A stretch of 48,008 nt of DNA from Chiloscyllium plagiosum (GCF_004010195.1 NC_057753.1:5263505-5311512), one strand, 5' to 3'; positions 35,645 to 47,691 are shown, numbered from the stretch's first letter. The notes: generated from the letters alone by a model not told the origin. Program-made: numbers and translations.

Positions 35645-36455
35645 ATAGAACATAGAACATTTCAGCGCAGTACAGGCCCTTCGGCCCTCGATGTTGCGCC
35701 GACCTGTCATACCAACCTGAAGCCCATCTAACCTACACTATTCCATGTACGTCCATATATTTGTCCAATGACGACTCAAATGCACTTAAACTTGGCGAAT
35801 CTACTACCGTTGCAGGCAAAGCATTCCATACCCTTACTACTCTCGGAGTAAAGAAACTACCTCTGACATCTGTCCTATATCTATCACCCCTCAATTTAAA
35901 GCTATGCCCCCTCGTGTTTGCCGTCACCATACTTGGAAAANNNNNNNNNNNNNNNNNNNNNNNNNNNNNNNNNNNNNNNNNNNNNNNNNNNNNNNNNNNN
36001 NNNNNNNNNNNNNNNNNNNNNNNNNNNNNNNNNNNNNNNNNNNNNNNNNNNNNNNNNNNNNNNNNNNNNNNNNNNNNNNNNNNNNNNNNNNNNNNNNNNN
36101 NNNNNNNNNNNNNNNNNNNNNNNNNNNNNNNNNNNNNNNNNNNNNNNNNNNNNNNNNNNNNNNNNNNNNNNNNNNNNNNNNNNNNNNNNNNNNNNNNNNN
36201 NNNNNNNNNNNNNNNNNNNNNNNNNCCCTCAATTTAAAGCTATGCCCCCTTGTGCTCACTGTCACCATACTTGGAAAAAGGCTCTCCCTGTCCACCCCAT
36301 CTAACCCTCTGATTATCTTGTATGTCTCTATTAAGTCACCTCTCAACCTTCTTCTCTCCAACGAAAACAGCCTCAAGTCCCTCAGCCTTTCCTCGTAAGA
36401 CCTTCGCTCCATACCAGGCAACATCCTAGTAAATCTCCTCTGCGCCCTTTCCAAA
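35645..36455 (-). mobile_element. CR1 3' fragment spanning the assembly gap
   Basis: tagaacatagaaca tail; LERAQRRFTRMLP...RRLRGDLIETYKI. Confidence 0.9.
35941..36225. other. Assembly gap (285 N)
   Basis: Run of N; the flanks overlap by ~53 bp of similar but non-identical CR1 sequence. Confidence 0.99.
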
Positions 36456-36699
36456 GTATTCTAAATTCCTCTTTCTTTTGTTTGTATTTTAACTATAGTG
36501 TTGAAATAAACGGTGTTTTCCTTCTTGTCGGGTGGTTGCATCACATCTGGAACACGCACTTCCCATCTACCTTCAAAATAAGACAAGTCAGGGTCTCGGC
36601 TATGCTCTTATTGAGGGGGTCTGGTCCGGTCCGTAGCACTGGAAAGCCGTCGTGTTTAACCCAAAGACGCAGACAGTAATAGAAAAGGAAGTTGTGGTT

Positions 36700-37600
36700 G
36701 GCTTCAGTCAGATGGTGGTAGGAGCAGCTGTAGTTGTTGCCCTCGAAGCGGAACCAAGGGTGGTGCACGTTTTCCCGCATTCCCCAGGCTGTTGCCAATG
36801 CTTTAGTGGTTTGGATGTCACCATTGGATGATAGGGAAAAGCCTAATGAGGGCAACAGCTATGGGAGGAGATCTGGCAAGACGCTCAACGACACTCATAT
36901 CACTGTGTACCGCGTCGATGACCAAACACACCTCTGAACTAACTACACATAATTAGAACAGTTGATAGCCTTACAAAGGATGCGCACCGCGTGGCTAACT
37001 GCAGAAGAAGAGCTCCGACAGTTTGACATGTGGGTGCGTACCAAGTCTGGAAGTTTGAGTATCAGGTACCAAACAATGGGCTGCAGCGCAAAGGATCCCA
37101 CTGAGGCATGCCATCACTCAGGAAGTCGTGGAGCAATTCAAAACTTGCCAAAAGATGAACAGTTCCACTTGAAGAGTGGTTAGATCTTGCAATTGGGCTA
37201 TACTGGACCGTTGTCCTTGCAACAAACCTTTCGACATATTTTGACCAGGCTGAGTACCAAATCGGTAACCTGGTAATCATACACCCCTGTGTGAAAGGAA
37301 CCTGAGCCAGGACAGTAAAAGGATTGCATTTCCTGATCTTACCATATGGGGGAGCCAGTGGAAATACAAACTGACAATGGGCCATGTTCTGCAGCGTGAA
37401 CAGCGCAGTATGTGATAATGGGATCCAGTGGGTGTAGCACAGTTCCTGTTACCCACACGCTGCAGGGTTATTGGAACATATCAATGGACTTGTGAGGCAA
37501 ACTGTTGACACCCTCGTAGACGCTCAGGGTGGGTTGTGAGTCTTACCCCCAGGTAGAATGCGATCTAGACAACCGCTCCCAACCTGGGTACAATGACGAG
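36700..37600 (+). pseudogene. pol: Decayed retroviral pol (RNase H and integrase), ERV-L/class III-like
   Basis: AVANALVVW...HITVYRVD (RNase H); GEPVEIQTDNGP (from 37349) and GIQWV*HSSCYPHAAGLLEHINGLVRQ (37420-37500) match the integrase D..E region. Confidence 0.8.
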
Positions 37601-37639
37601 TGATACCCAGATGACCATAAGCGGATGACAGAGTTTACA

Positions 37640-37944
37640 TTAGATTAGATTTAGATTACATTACAGTGTGGAAACAGGCCCTTCAGCCCAACAAGTCCAC
37701 ACCGACCAGCAACCCACCCATACCCCTACATTTACCCCTTACCTACAGGCAATTTAGCATGGCCAATTCACCTGACCTGCACATCTTTGGACTGTGGGAG
37801 GAAACTGGAGCATCCGGAGGAAACCCACGCAGACAAGGGGAGAACGTGCAAACTCCACACAGTCAGTCACCTGAGGCGGGAATTGAACCCGGGTCTCTGG
37901 CGCTGTGAGGCAGCAGTGCTAACCACTGGGCCACCGTGCCACCC
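37640..37944 (-). mobile_element. HE1-type SINE
   Basis: Full-length reverse copy with (ttaga)n tail. Confidence 0.92.
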
Positions 37945-38470
37945 ACGAGTTGTCTGTCTGTAATGGGTACAAGGTATTGGATCCACTATCCCAGCCAGCC
38001 AGTCATACCTGGGGACAGGGAGATATTTATCGGATATTATTACAGGGTAAAGATATCCCTGATGGGGTGGGGGGGGGGGGGAGAGAAGAAAAAACAAAGG
38101 TGGGGTAAGCATGAATATGGTATGGTGAATCGGATATTAAACTAACAACAAAACTCCCTTCTGTTGCAGCAAACTGATGACGTGGTAACTGCTGCAGTGC
38201 CTGTGTTTTCTCCTGCCTTGAATGACACGAGATCTACCATCACCTGCACAATCTCACCACAGGATACGGTCTCGAGGATGGAGTCGTCATAATAATAACT
38301 GTAGGCAAAATAATTTTCATTGTTCACTGGGTGAAGAGAGTACCTTGTTGAACATTACATGCACGTGTAACAACCCACGTACTCCCATCTCCAGGGAACA
38401 GGAGCTTAGTCATCTTTATCCCACATGGCTACTGTTCACTAAAAAACAACTACTGTTACTCTGTGACATA

Positions 38471-38593
38471 GTTAAAAATCACACACGACACCAGGTTATA
38501 GTCCCACAGGTTCATCTGGAAGGACACGCTTTCATAGCACTGTTCCTTCATGAGGTAGCTAGTGGAGTAAAGTCATAGGGCACAGAATTTATG
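38471..38593 (-). mobile_element. Short fragment of a third, probably Penelope-like, family
   Basis: aaaaatcacac..caccaggttatagtcc; degenerate minus-strand hammerhead (ctcatga-aggaacagtgctat-gaaag); related to 47030-47122 in the opposite orientation. Confidence 0.55.
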
Positions 38594-38796
38594 GCACCTC
38601 CACATCATGACTGTATGACGTGGAATCGCACCGTACCCCTCGATTACTGTGCAACATTAGATGGCAATAACTACACCTCACTGTTGCCCTGAAATAAGAC
38701 TATCAGAAGGCAGTGTCTAAAGGAGGTCTTGTCTAACAGTAGCTCACATGAAAATTGGTGTAATATCTTGCTTTTAAATGATGATGGCTAATATTC

Positions 38797-39118
38797 CATA
38801 GAATCCCTGCAGTGTGGAAACAGATCCATACTGACCCTCTGAAGAGTAACCCACCCAGACCCATTCCCCTGCCATATTATCCTACATTTACCCCTGACTA
38901 ATGCACCTTGAATATTATGGGCTGTTTAGGCCAGCCAATTCACCCTAACCTGCACATCTTTGGACTGTGGGAGGAAACCGAAGCACCCAGAGGAAACCCA
39001 CGCAAACACTGGGAGAAGGATGTGCAAACTCCACACAGACAGTCGTCCGAGGTTGGAAACAAACCCGGGTCCCTGGCCCTATGAAGCAGTATCACTAACC
39101 ACAGCCACCGTGCCAGCC
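38797..39118 (-). mobile_element. HE1-type SINE
   Basis: Reverse copy catagaatccctgcagtgtgg...gccaccgtgcc. Confidence 0.9.
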
Positions 39119-39348
39119 AAAGCTAGCATCTTATGTCAAGATGTTAGAGAGATATGGGACATGGATTCTGGTGTGTGAGCTTACAGTGGACTGAGTGGAA
39201 GGGCCCATCCAAAACATATAGATACCCCATCTTCACTTGTATGATGGATATATTCCAGTGGCAAAACAAAATATGGTTTTGACTGTGACAGTGGAAATAA
39301 CTAATGGAAAAAAAAAATTACCCTTCTATTGCTGTCCTATTAACATTA

Positions 39349-40998
39349 CAGAGGTGTGGTAGAAGCAATGTACTCTGTTTCATTCTAGATGGAGCAGGGA
39401 CAGAGACAGGTGCATTAAATTCTAATGATATTGCAACTTTGCGAAATGGGATTGTTAAAGTTGGGCAACTATCAAATTAGCTGCTGTATGGACCAAGCCA
39501 TTAGCACATAGAGATTTAGCAGATTGGTCTCTGACCAACATGGTTTGGAGGTTTGCTGATAGCCTATCTAGGGCCTCACACTTAGGCGGATCTTAATGCA
39601 GAAGTCATTTGAACATAGTGCAATTTGTTAGAGGGATTTGACACATGAACTAACAACCTCGTTGCTATCCAAATTTCTGTGCTGTTGAAAACGGTTATTT
39701 AGTCTCACACATGCTAACTTAATGCTTAGAAGTGATGCATTAAAATCTAATTGTAACCCCATAGTATGACATGCTACTATTTTGACTTTAAATAGTAAAC
39801 AGTGATAAATATGGTGCAAGTTTATCGCCCCATCTGTTGGGAGGTATGTTGTGGGAACCTGTATTTATGGGAAATGGCTGGATGATAACAATCAAACCCA
39901 CAGGTGGGTGGTTGTGAATAGCCTGAAGGCCTAGTGTGCCTCTTCCACACCCCTGCCTTCGAACCATGTAGATTGTAGTCTAGCAGGGCTACCTGCACAT
40001 GAAGGAAATTACTGTCAGTGATACAGCCATTCACACAACTGGTCCTGTCCACAGATGTGTAACTAGTATTCATACAGTATATCTTAATGATGAGAGAGAG
40101 AGAGATAGAAAATCATCCACTCATCAACCTTTATAGTGACAAAAGTTATGTTCTCCATGATACTGTTGGAAATAAACATACAGAGTTAAAGAACAGCAGC
40201 TGGTAACTGTGAACTGCTGCACTACAGTTACAACATTTCAAAGACACATGGACAGGTACGTGAATAGGAAAGGTTGAGAGGGATATGGGCTAAACACAAG
40301 CAAGCAGGACTAGTTTAGTTTGAGAAACTTGGTCAGCGTGGACGAGTTGGCTTGAAAGGTCTGTTTCCATGCTCTACGACTCTAGGCACCTCTATATAGG
40401 ACGTTTGATAAACTACAGGTGTTCCTTGCACATTATAAACACGCTTCACTGTCGTTTGATAGCAGTGTACCATGATGTATTGCAGCGAGAATCTGCCATC
40501 ACTTACAGCAGTGATCAATTAATTCATAAAGTGGACAATTTAGGAATTCTTACCATATGTAATTAGTGGGATGTATTTAACGGGTGGTCACCAATGCTTC
40601 AGCAGCTTTTATTGGCACCAGCGTATTTTTTTTAGATTAGATTCGATTCCCTACAGTGTGGAAACAGGCCCTTGGCCCAACAAGTCCACACCGATCCTCT
40701 GAAGAGCAACCCACCCAGACCATTTCCCTCTGACTAATGCACCCAACACTGTGGGCAATCCACCCTAACCTGCACATCTTTGGACTGTGGGAGAAAACCG
40801 GAGCATCTGGAGGAAACTCACACAACCACAAGGAGAATGTGCAAACTCCACACAGACAGTCGCCCGAGGCTGGAATTGAAACTGGGACCCTGGTGCTGTG
40901 AGGCAGCAGTGCTAACCACTGAGCCACCCTCAGACTGTTTGCTTCTTGTTTTATTTACTGGTATAATGGCTTATAAACTTTGTCACATGTATAATTAG
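39349..40998 (+). pseudogene. Decayed env-like gene of the class III-like retrovirus
   Basis: RCGRS-NVLCFILDGAGTETGALNSNDIATLRNG (cleavage site / fusion-peptide-like), Cys-rich middle, *WDVFNGWSP (40564-40593), hydrophobic anchor ending at 40998. Interrupted by a CR1 tail (~40215-40385) and a SINE. Confidence 0.6.
40632..40928 (-). mobile_element. HE1-type SINE
   Basis: Reverse copy splitting the env anchor region. Confidence 0.92.
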
Positions 40999-41003
40999 CT
41001 TGC

Positions 41004-41390
41004 AAAGGTTGGGATGTCGGGTATAGATCCCAAAACGATACCTCCAAGCCAGATCATTAGGGTTAAATTGGACATGGCAATAAGCAGACGGAGAGTGGAG
41101 AAATTTGTGAGAACAGGCTTTCATTTTGCAAGAGAGTGGCCTCAGCGTGAGAACAGGCCATTTTGCCGTGACCCAGAGACTTGGTTTTGACATGTTTGTG
41201 ACTGCCAAGCATTAAGGCAATTCAGCACATAACATCAAGTCCAGTACCTTATTAATATTGGGGACTTTTCCCAGTCCATTGGACTTCACCATCAGACTGG
41301 GTGCCCTGGAAATTGAGATCGATTTTGAAGTGCCAGCCATCACCAGGATTCTTGATAAGCAGAAGGACGCGAGACTCACTTGTTTTAACA
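41004..41390 (+). repeat. PPT-like tract and start of a putative 3' LTR
   Basis: aaaggttggga followed by TG at 41015, just after the env stop; the end of the LTR could not be fixed. Confidence 0.4.
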
Positions 41391-41581
41391 TATCTAAAGT
41401 AGTTTTAAGTTAATAATTTTCTTTAAATATATCTGAAGTACTTAAGAGATATTAAGTAATCTTAGCTAATATATTTGCATTATATCGAAGCGCACATGTT
41501 CTCCCTAAAATCAGACAAGACTGAATGTCAGTGCATGCAGGGATACAATGGCTGAGTGGTCGATGGAATATTCAGTGCACA

Positions 41582-43798
41582 TGGAGGTAGGGGCTGGCAA
41601 ATGTTCATTCTAAAGAAGTCCCACCCGAAATAGTGACCATTCATTTGACTTTCTCGTCATGAGTGATCTACTGTGCAATTCCCCACGTTTGGTTTTCCAT
41701 TTCAATTTGTCCAGGGCTGCCTCAGTATTCAGGCTATGTTTCAGTTTGCATGACACTGCAGTTTGGTCTCAGCTGGAACATCGTGTCTGGTTCTGGGGGC
41801 CTGCCTTTAAGAAGGATGTGAAGGATTCAAGAGAGTCATCGAGTGATGCAGCACAGGAAGAGACCCTTTGGGTCATTGTGTCCGAGTCAGTCATCAACTA
41901 CCTATCTATTCTAATCGCTTTTCCCAGCACTTGGTGCGTGGTCAGTCATCAAAATATTTTTAACTTGTTGTGATGGTTCCCGTCTCTCCGCAGATACCTA
42001 CCACTCTCTGGCTGAAACAATTTATTCTTAAATACCCTCTAATGCTACTGCCCTGTCTCTTACATCTATGCTCCCTTGTTATTGATCCTGTTACTAATGA
42101 GGAAAAGTTCTTCCTGTCATTCCTATGTCTGCCTCTCATAATTTTGTAGATCTCAATCAGGTCCTCCCTCAACCTTTTCTCCTTCAAAGAGAACACCGGA
42201 ACATACTCTGCCTCTGTTCGCAGTTAAGCTTCTCCATCCTCGGAACATCCCAGTGAGTCTCCTCTGTACCCTCTCCAGAGTAGTCACAATCCTTCTACGA
42301 TGCAGTGACCAGAATCGCACACAGTACTCCAGCTGTGGCTTGAGTAATGTCATATAAAGCTCCACCACAACCTCCCTGCTCTTGTATTCAATGCCTCGAC
42401 AAATAGAGGCAAGTAAATTATGTGCCGACTTAACCACCTGTTCTGTTTGGAGTGCAGATTTGTTTTAAACTTTCACAGGATGTGGGTGACACCAGCGAGA
42501 CTGACATTTAGTGACCATCACTCTATGTCGGGACTCCTACAGTGCTGTTAAGTTGGGAGTTCCAGGATTTCACCTAGCGACAATGAAGGAATGGTTGATA
42601 GAGTTCCAAGTCAGGATGGCATGTGATGATGGCGATGTTCGGTTTGAGGTTTCTGCCTGAAAACGTTTCCCCTAACGTCCAATAAAAGGTATTTCCAACA
42701 GATAATCCATCTCCGTCCGGGACAGAAATTCAGTAGAGTTCGCTGTACATAAATCCACCCCCATCTCAGCCCCTACAATGGAGCTTCCAAAGTCCATCAC
42801 TATCAGAAATGCAGAAGCGCTGAATACAGTTTGTTCTGTGTTAATTCTCCTGTACCCGTATTGTGAGGAGGACATGAGCAATCTGCAAAGGTATAAACAT
42901 TGGTGGGCAAAAACATGGCAGATGCATTTTCTTGCAGCAAAGTGTATGGTCATGCTCAGTAGTAGGAAGAATCAAAAGGCAGGCTGTTATTTATATGGAA
43001 ACTCCAAAAGAAGAGCACATGGAGGGGTCTTGTGTATGGAACACAGAACAAATTATCATGCAGGTGCAGCAAGTAATTAAGAAGGCAAATAAAATTTGGG
43101 TCTTTATCGCGAGTTGATGTGAGTTTAAAAATAGAAAAGTTTTCCTTCAACTGTACAAGGTGTTGCTGAGACTATACCTGCAGTACTGTATACAGTTATT
43201 TTTAAAAAAGTGATATACTGGCATTAGAAATAGTTCAAAAGCTGGGATGGTTCCGAGGATGAAGGGGCTGACTTATCGAGAATGGCTAAAGAGGTTAGGT
43301 CTCAGTTCTGAAGAAATGTCCTACCAGACTCAAAATACTAACTCTTTATCTCTTAAGATGCTTTCACACTTGTTGAGTTGCTCTAGCATTTTCTATGTTT
43401 TTTCTAGGCTTTTATTAATTAGTGTTAACAACAATGGGCTGATCTTATTGAAGCATACAAGTTTCTAAGAGGTGGGGGTTGACGGGATAGATGTTGAGAT
43501 AATCCCACTCCTGGAGATCTATGAAACATGGATACACTTCCACAGAATAAAGGGACTCTCACCTAAAACTGAGAAGGGAAGGAAATTTTCCTGTGAGGGT
43601 ACTGAATTCTGGAATTCTCTACCCCACAGAACTAGAGAGGTTACATTACTGAAAGTAATTAAACAGGATGTATATAGATTTTTGAAATATCAGGCTGTTG
43701 AAGCAATGAGGAGTTGTCACAAAAGGCAGTAGAGGCCTGGGGCAGATTAGCCATGATCTTTCAAAAAAGCTGGAGAGGCTTGAGGAGATGAATGGCCT
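41582..43798 (+). repeat. Segmental duplication copy 2
   Basis: Same order and orientation of old repeat fragments as 8605-11975, without the Penelope element (10220-11127) and SINE (11279-11602). Confidence 0.85.
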
Positions 43799-44334
43799 GT
43801 GCCTACTCCTATTGTAATGTTTATTCCAACCATCTGTCAAAGAAGTTTCCAAACTTCCTACTGTCACTCAGGATAGAAATCAAAAACAGCCAAATATTTC
43901 TTTTCTCAGGTGAAAGCTGCTGTGTGTATAAGTCCTCCCCTTCTACCAGGCTTGAATGGCTGACTGGCCAATTTGTGTTCCTACCTCCTATGGTTAGAAT
44001 CTTGTTTTCTGGAGATGGTTATTGCCTGGCCATGGTGTGGATGAATACCACTTGCCGGTTTTCAGTCAAGATTGAATTGAGTCTCATTTAGCTTCACATG
44101 GATACGGACTACTTCTGGTGCTGAATATCGTACAATCATTGGGGAATATAATGAGCGAGGGAAAAGCATTGCTGAGTCAACTGCAGTTAGTTGGACCAAA
44201 GGCACAATCCTGAGGAACTCCTGCAGTGATTGAACTCGAGCACCCATAAGGGTCTTCCTTTGTATTAGAGAGCACTCTAACAAGTGGAGTGTTTTCATCC
44301 TAATCCCCACAAAGCTCATTCAGGCTTCCTTGAC

Positions 44335-44525
44335 AAAAACAGGAATTGCTGGAAAAGCACAGCAGGTCCGGCAGCATCTGCGGAGAGAAATCAGATGAGG
44401 AAGGATCACAGGACCCGAAGCATTAACTTTGATTTCTCTGCCCAGATGCTGCCAGACCTGTTGAGCTTCTCCAGCAACTTCTGTTTCCATTTCTGATTTA
44501 CAGCATCTGCAGTTCTGTCGGGTTT
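44335..44525. mobile_element. Palindromic pLTR-like element (second family)
   Basis: Arms ttgctggaaaagcacagcaggtccggcagcatctg / cagatgctgccagacctgttgagcttctccagcaa around a degenerate hammerhead (tgaggaaggatcacaggacccgaagc). Confidence 0.75.
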
Positions 44526-45128
44526 TTAAATTAGTACAGCCTCATTGATCTAATTCTGGTCAGCAGGAAAAGTGTGACATTGACAGACCGGTGAAGGATT
44601 TAGCAATAACTTGCTCACTGAACATTCAGTTGTGTTTCCACCAAGGCCAGTCAGCTCCTGCCAGTGTGATACCCTTAGTGCAAATATGGACAAAAGAGCT
44701 GAGAATTCCTGAGCTGAGGTTACTGACCGGATGCTGCATTCAGTTAAATGTAGCCTTGATGTTAAAGGCAGTTACTCTGGTATTGTCGCTGCATCTTCTC
44801 ACACAACAAGCTTTTAAGATGAGTGAATTATATCATTCCAGAATTAAAAGATTCATCCATATGTTAAAATAATATTTGGACATCCACTCTGGCCAGAAAA
44901 TTAAATTTCAAAGATGATTCTTCAATCAGAAAGCTTCTGAAATTCACCATTTAGCCAGTAGTCTTTCTTCCTACGAAATACAACACAAATCATACAGTAT
45001 TTTGTGAAGTAGTAGTAATTTCATTTGATTTTTCTTTATATGACTAATTAATTCTGAGGTAATTTTTTTTAATATAATGCCCTTGGAAAAACTACCTCCA
45101 AATAAATATTAGACTGCCTTAAAGAATT

Positions 45129-45339
45129 AGGAGAAAGTGAGGACTGCGGATGCAGGAGATTGGAGTTGAAGAGTGTGGTGCTGGAAAAGCACAGGCGGCC
45201 AGGCAGCATCCAACGAGCAGGAGAGTTGACATTGCGAGCATAAGCTCTTCATCAGGAAGCGCTTATGCTCAAAACGCCGACTCTCCTGCTCCTCGATGCT
45301 GCCTGCCCGGCTGTGCTTTTCCAGCACCACACTCTGACT
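45129..45339 (-). mobile_element. Palindromic Penelope pLTR-only element
   Basis: 15-bp TSD ctgccttaaagaatt (45114-45128, 45340-45354); back-to-back decayed hammerheads at the fold-back centre (~45228-45280). Confidence 0.88.
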
Positions 45340-45474
45340 CTGCCTTAAAGAATTCACAATTTCTCACATGATCAGGCAGATGCCTGGGTTGCAGCTGCAC
45401 TCAAAACGCTTGGCTAGGTGTTCAGCAAAGTCAAACCAAGAAATGTTCTATTCCCAGACTGACAATTTTTCCTA

Positions 45475-45970
45475 GTCAGACCATATTTGGAGTATTGTGT
45501 GCAGTTTTGGGCCCCATATCTCAGGAAGGATTTACTGGCCCTGGAGCATGTTCAAAGGACAGTCATGAAGAATGGTCCCAGGAATGAAAAGCTTACTATG
45601 AGGGATGTTTGAAGACTCTGCGTTAATACTTGATGAAATTTAGAAGATGAGGGAGGGATCTAATTGAAACATACAGAATACTGAATGGCTTGGAACGGTA
45701 GGTGTTCCAGTTGGTAGGAGAGACAAGGACCAGAGGGCATAGTCTTGGAGTAAAGGGAAAACCTTTTTGAACGGAAATAAGGAGAAACTTCTTCAGCCAG
45801 AGTGAGAGAATCTGGAATTCATTGCCACAGAAAGCTGTGGAGGCCAGGTCATTGAGTATATTTAAGACTGAGATAGATAGGGGATCAAGGGTTACAGGGA
45901 GAATGGGGTTGAGGAACATATCAGCCATGATTGAATGGCAGAGTGGATTCAATGGGCTGAATGGCCTAAT
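45475..45970 (+). mobile_element. Older CR1 3' fragment
   Basis: [20 protein letters not shown]...DLIETYRIL and tail. Confidence 0.85.
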
Positions 45971-46278
45971 TTAGATTAGGTTAGATTAGATTACTTACAG
46001 TGTGGAAACAGGCCCTTCAGCCCAACAAGTCCACACCGACCCGCCGAAGCGCAACCCACCCACACCCATTCCCCTACATTTACCCCTTCACCTAACACTA
46101 CTGGCAATTTAGCATGGCCAATTCATCTAACCTGCACATCTTTGGACTGTGGGAAGAAACCTGAGCACCCGGAGGGAACCCACACTGACACGGGGAGAAT
46201 GTGCAAACTCCACACAGTCGCCTGAAGGCGGGAATTGAACCCAGGTCTCTGGCGCTGTGCTAATCACTGTGCCACCGT
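45971..46278 (-). mobile_element. HE1-type SINE
   Basis: (ttaga)n tail and reverse SINE body. Confidence 0.92.
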
Positions 46279-47691
46279 ACCGTTCTGCTCCTATGTCTTA
46301 TGATGACTTCTGAAAAAAAGCTACATTTGCAGGTGTCACAGATGGATTGAGAGTTTTAAAAACTAATCTCCCTCCATATTTTCACAACCCATCCAGAAAC
46401 AGATTTTCTCTCTCCCCCTGTTTTAAATAGCCTTGGCATATTTTCGTACTCCTTTTGCTTGACTCTGTATGGACGGCAGCGACATCACAGCAGACGGAAG
46501 TTTAATGCAACACTATTCGATGTGGGGGTGGGGTGGTGTGGGGTGGGGGAAATGCTTGGAAGGGAAGACACACAAGTATGCAAGGAGAGATACAAATAAA
46601 ATGAAACAGATTATTCAGTTAGCAATAACCCAAGTTGTAAAACAGCCATGGGGTACCAATTTACCAAAGTCTTTGCATTTAAGATGGAGTCCAAAACGAG
46701 TTAGCAGCCTGGAATTCCTTTGAGGGGTCTCATTCATTGTCCAGCTGGCAGTTTAGAAATTATGGATGTTTCCTATCTGTAAAATTCCTTCAGAGGTGGA
46801 AGAATATTGCTGAAATTTCATGATAACATGCAGAGAACATAAACACATGGTTTCTGGCTGCCTTTTACAGGACAGGCTTCACTTTTTGGCCTGGAAATAG
46901 GGGTTCTGAGCTGGTCAGTAGATGGTGTATAAAGTAACATTGACACTGCGACTGACAAATATTTCAAAACAACTGAGCTCCAAACGTTTAAAAATCGCAT
47001 AAACACCAGGTTACAGTACCAACTGTTCATTTTCAAACAAACCTGCCTGGACTATAATCTGGTGTTGTGCGATTTTTTTAAAAAAAAAGACTTTGTCCAT
47101 CCCAGTCCAACACTGGCACCTCAAAACCATGAGTTCCCAGTGATGGGAGTTACGTGACCACATCTCCTTGGCGGGCATTGGAGTGAACATTTCCCTCAAG
47201 ACAGAGGCTTGCATTGCAGACTTAAAAATACGAAAAAAAAAACTGCCCATCTCAAAGATTACGTGAGGAAATTTATATCTTTTCACAGGATAGGGGCAAC
47301 TTACACTCATTTGAATCCTGTCTCTGTAGCAGTTGATAACATAATATTTTAATTCTCCAGTCCCATCAGGAAGTACATGATTCTGCAGCCCACTGACTTC
47401 TGAACAGGTTTCTGGAAGGCGACTGCTTTGTCCCGTCACATGGTTGTAGCAGCTGTCTTTATTAGGCTGTGTTTTTAAAACAGTCACCAAATCATTATCG
47501 GTACATGCAAAAGTTGGTTTTAAACCAGTTCATGACAAGATAATAAACAGGAAAAGTACAATATAACTGCCAATGCCGACCTCTCAGGAACTCGACTACA
47601 AACCTTCCCCCAGCTTAAAACAAACACACCCATTAACCACTACTCTTTGTTTACTGTCCCTCGATCAATTCTGGATCCATGTTGGACTGCC

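Larger units (their letters stand above)
35415..36638 (+). mobile_element. Probable solo LTR fragment with nested CR1
   Basis: Ends tgttccggac ... gtccgtagca (TG..CA, imperfect inverted repeat); aataaa at ~36505; no TSD found. Confidence 0.5.

Noticed and set aside
35761..36454. Long ORFs spanning the N run
   Set aside because: Artefacts of translating the assembly gap.
47011..47490. 159-aa minus-strand ORF
   Set aside because: Non-ATG start, no recognisable domain, and its end runs through a repeat fragment.
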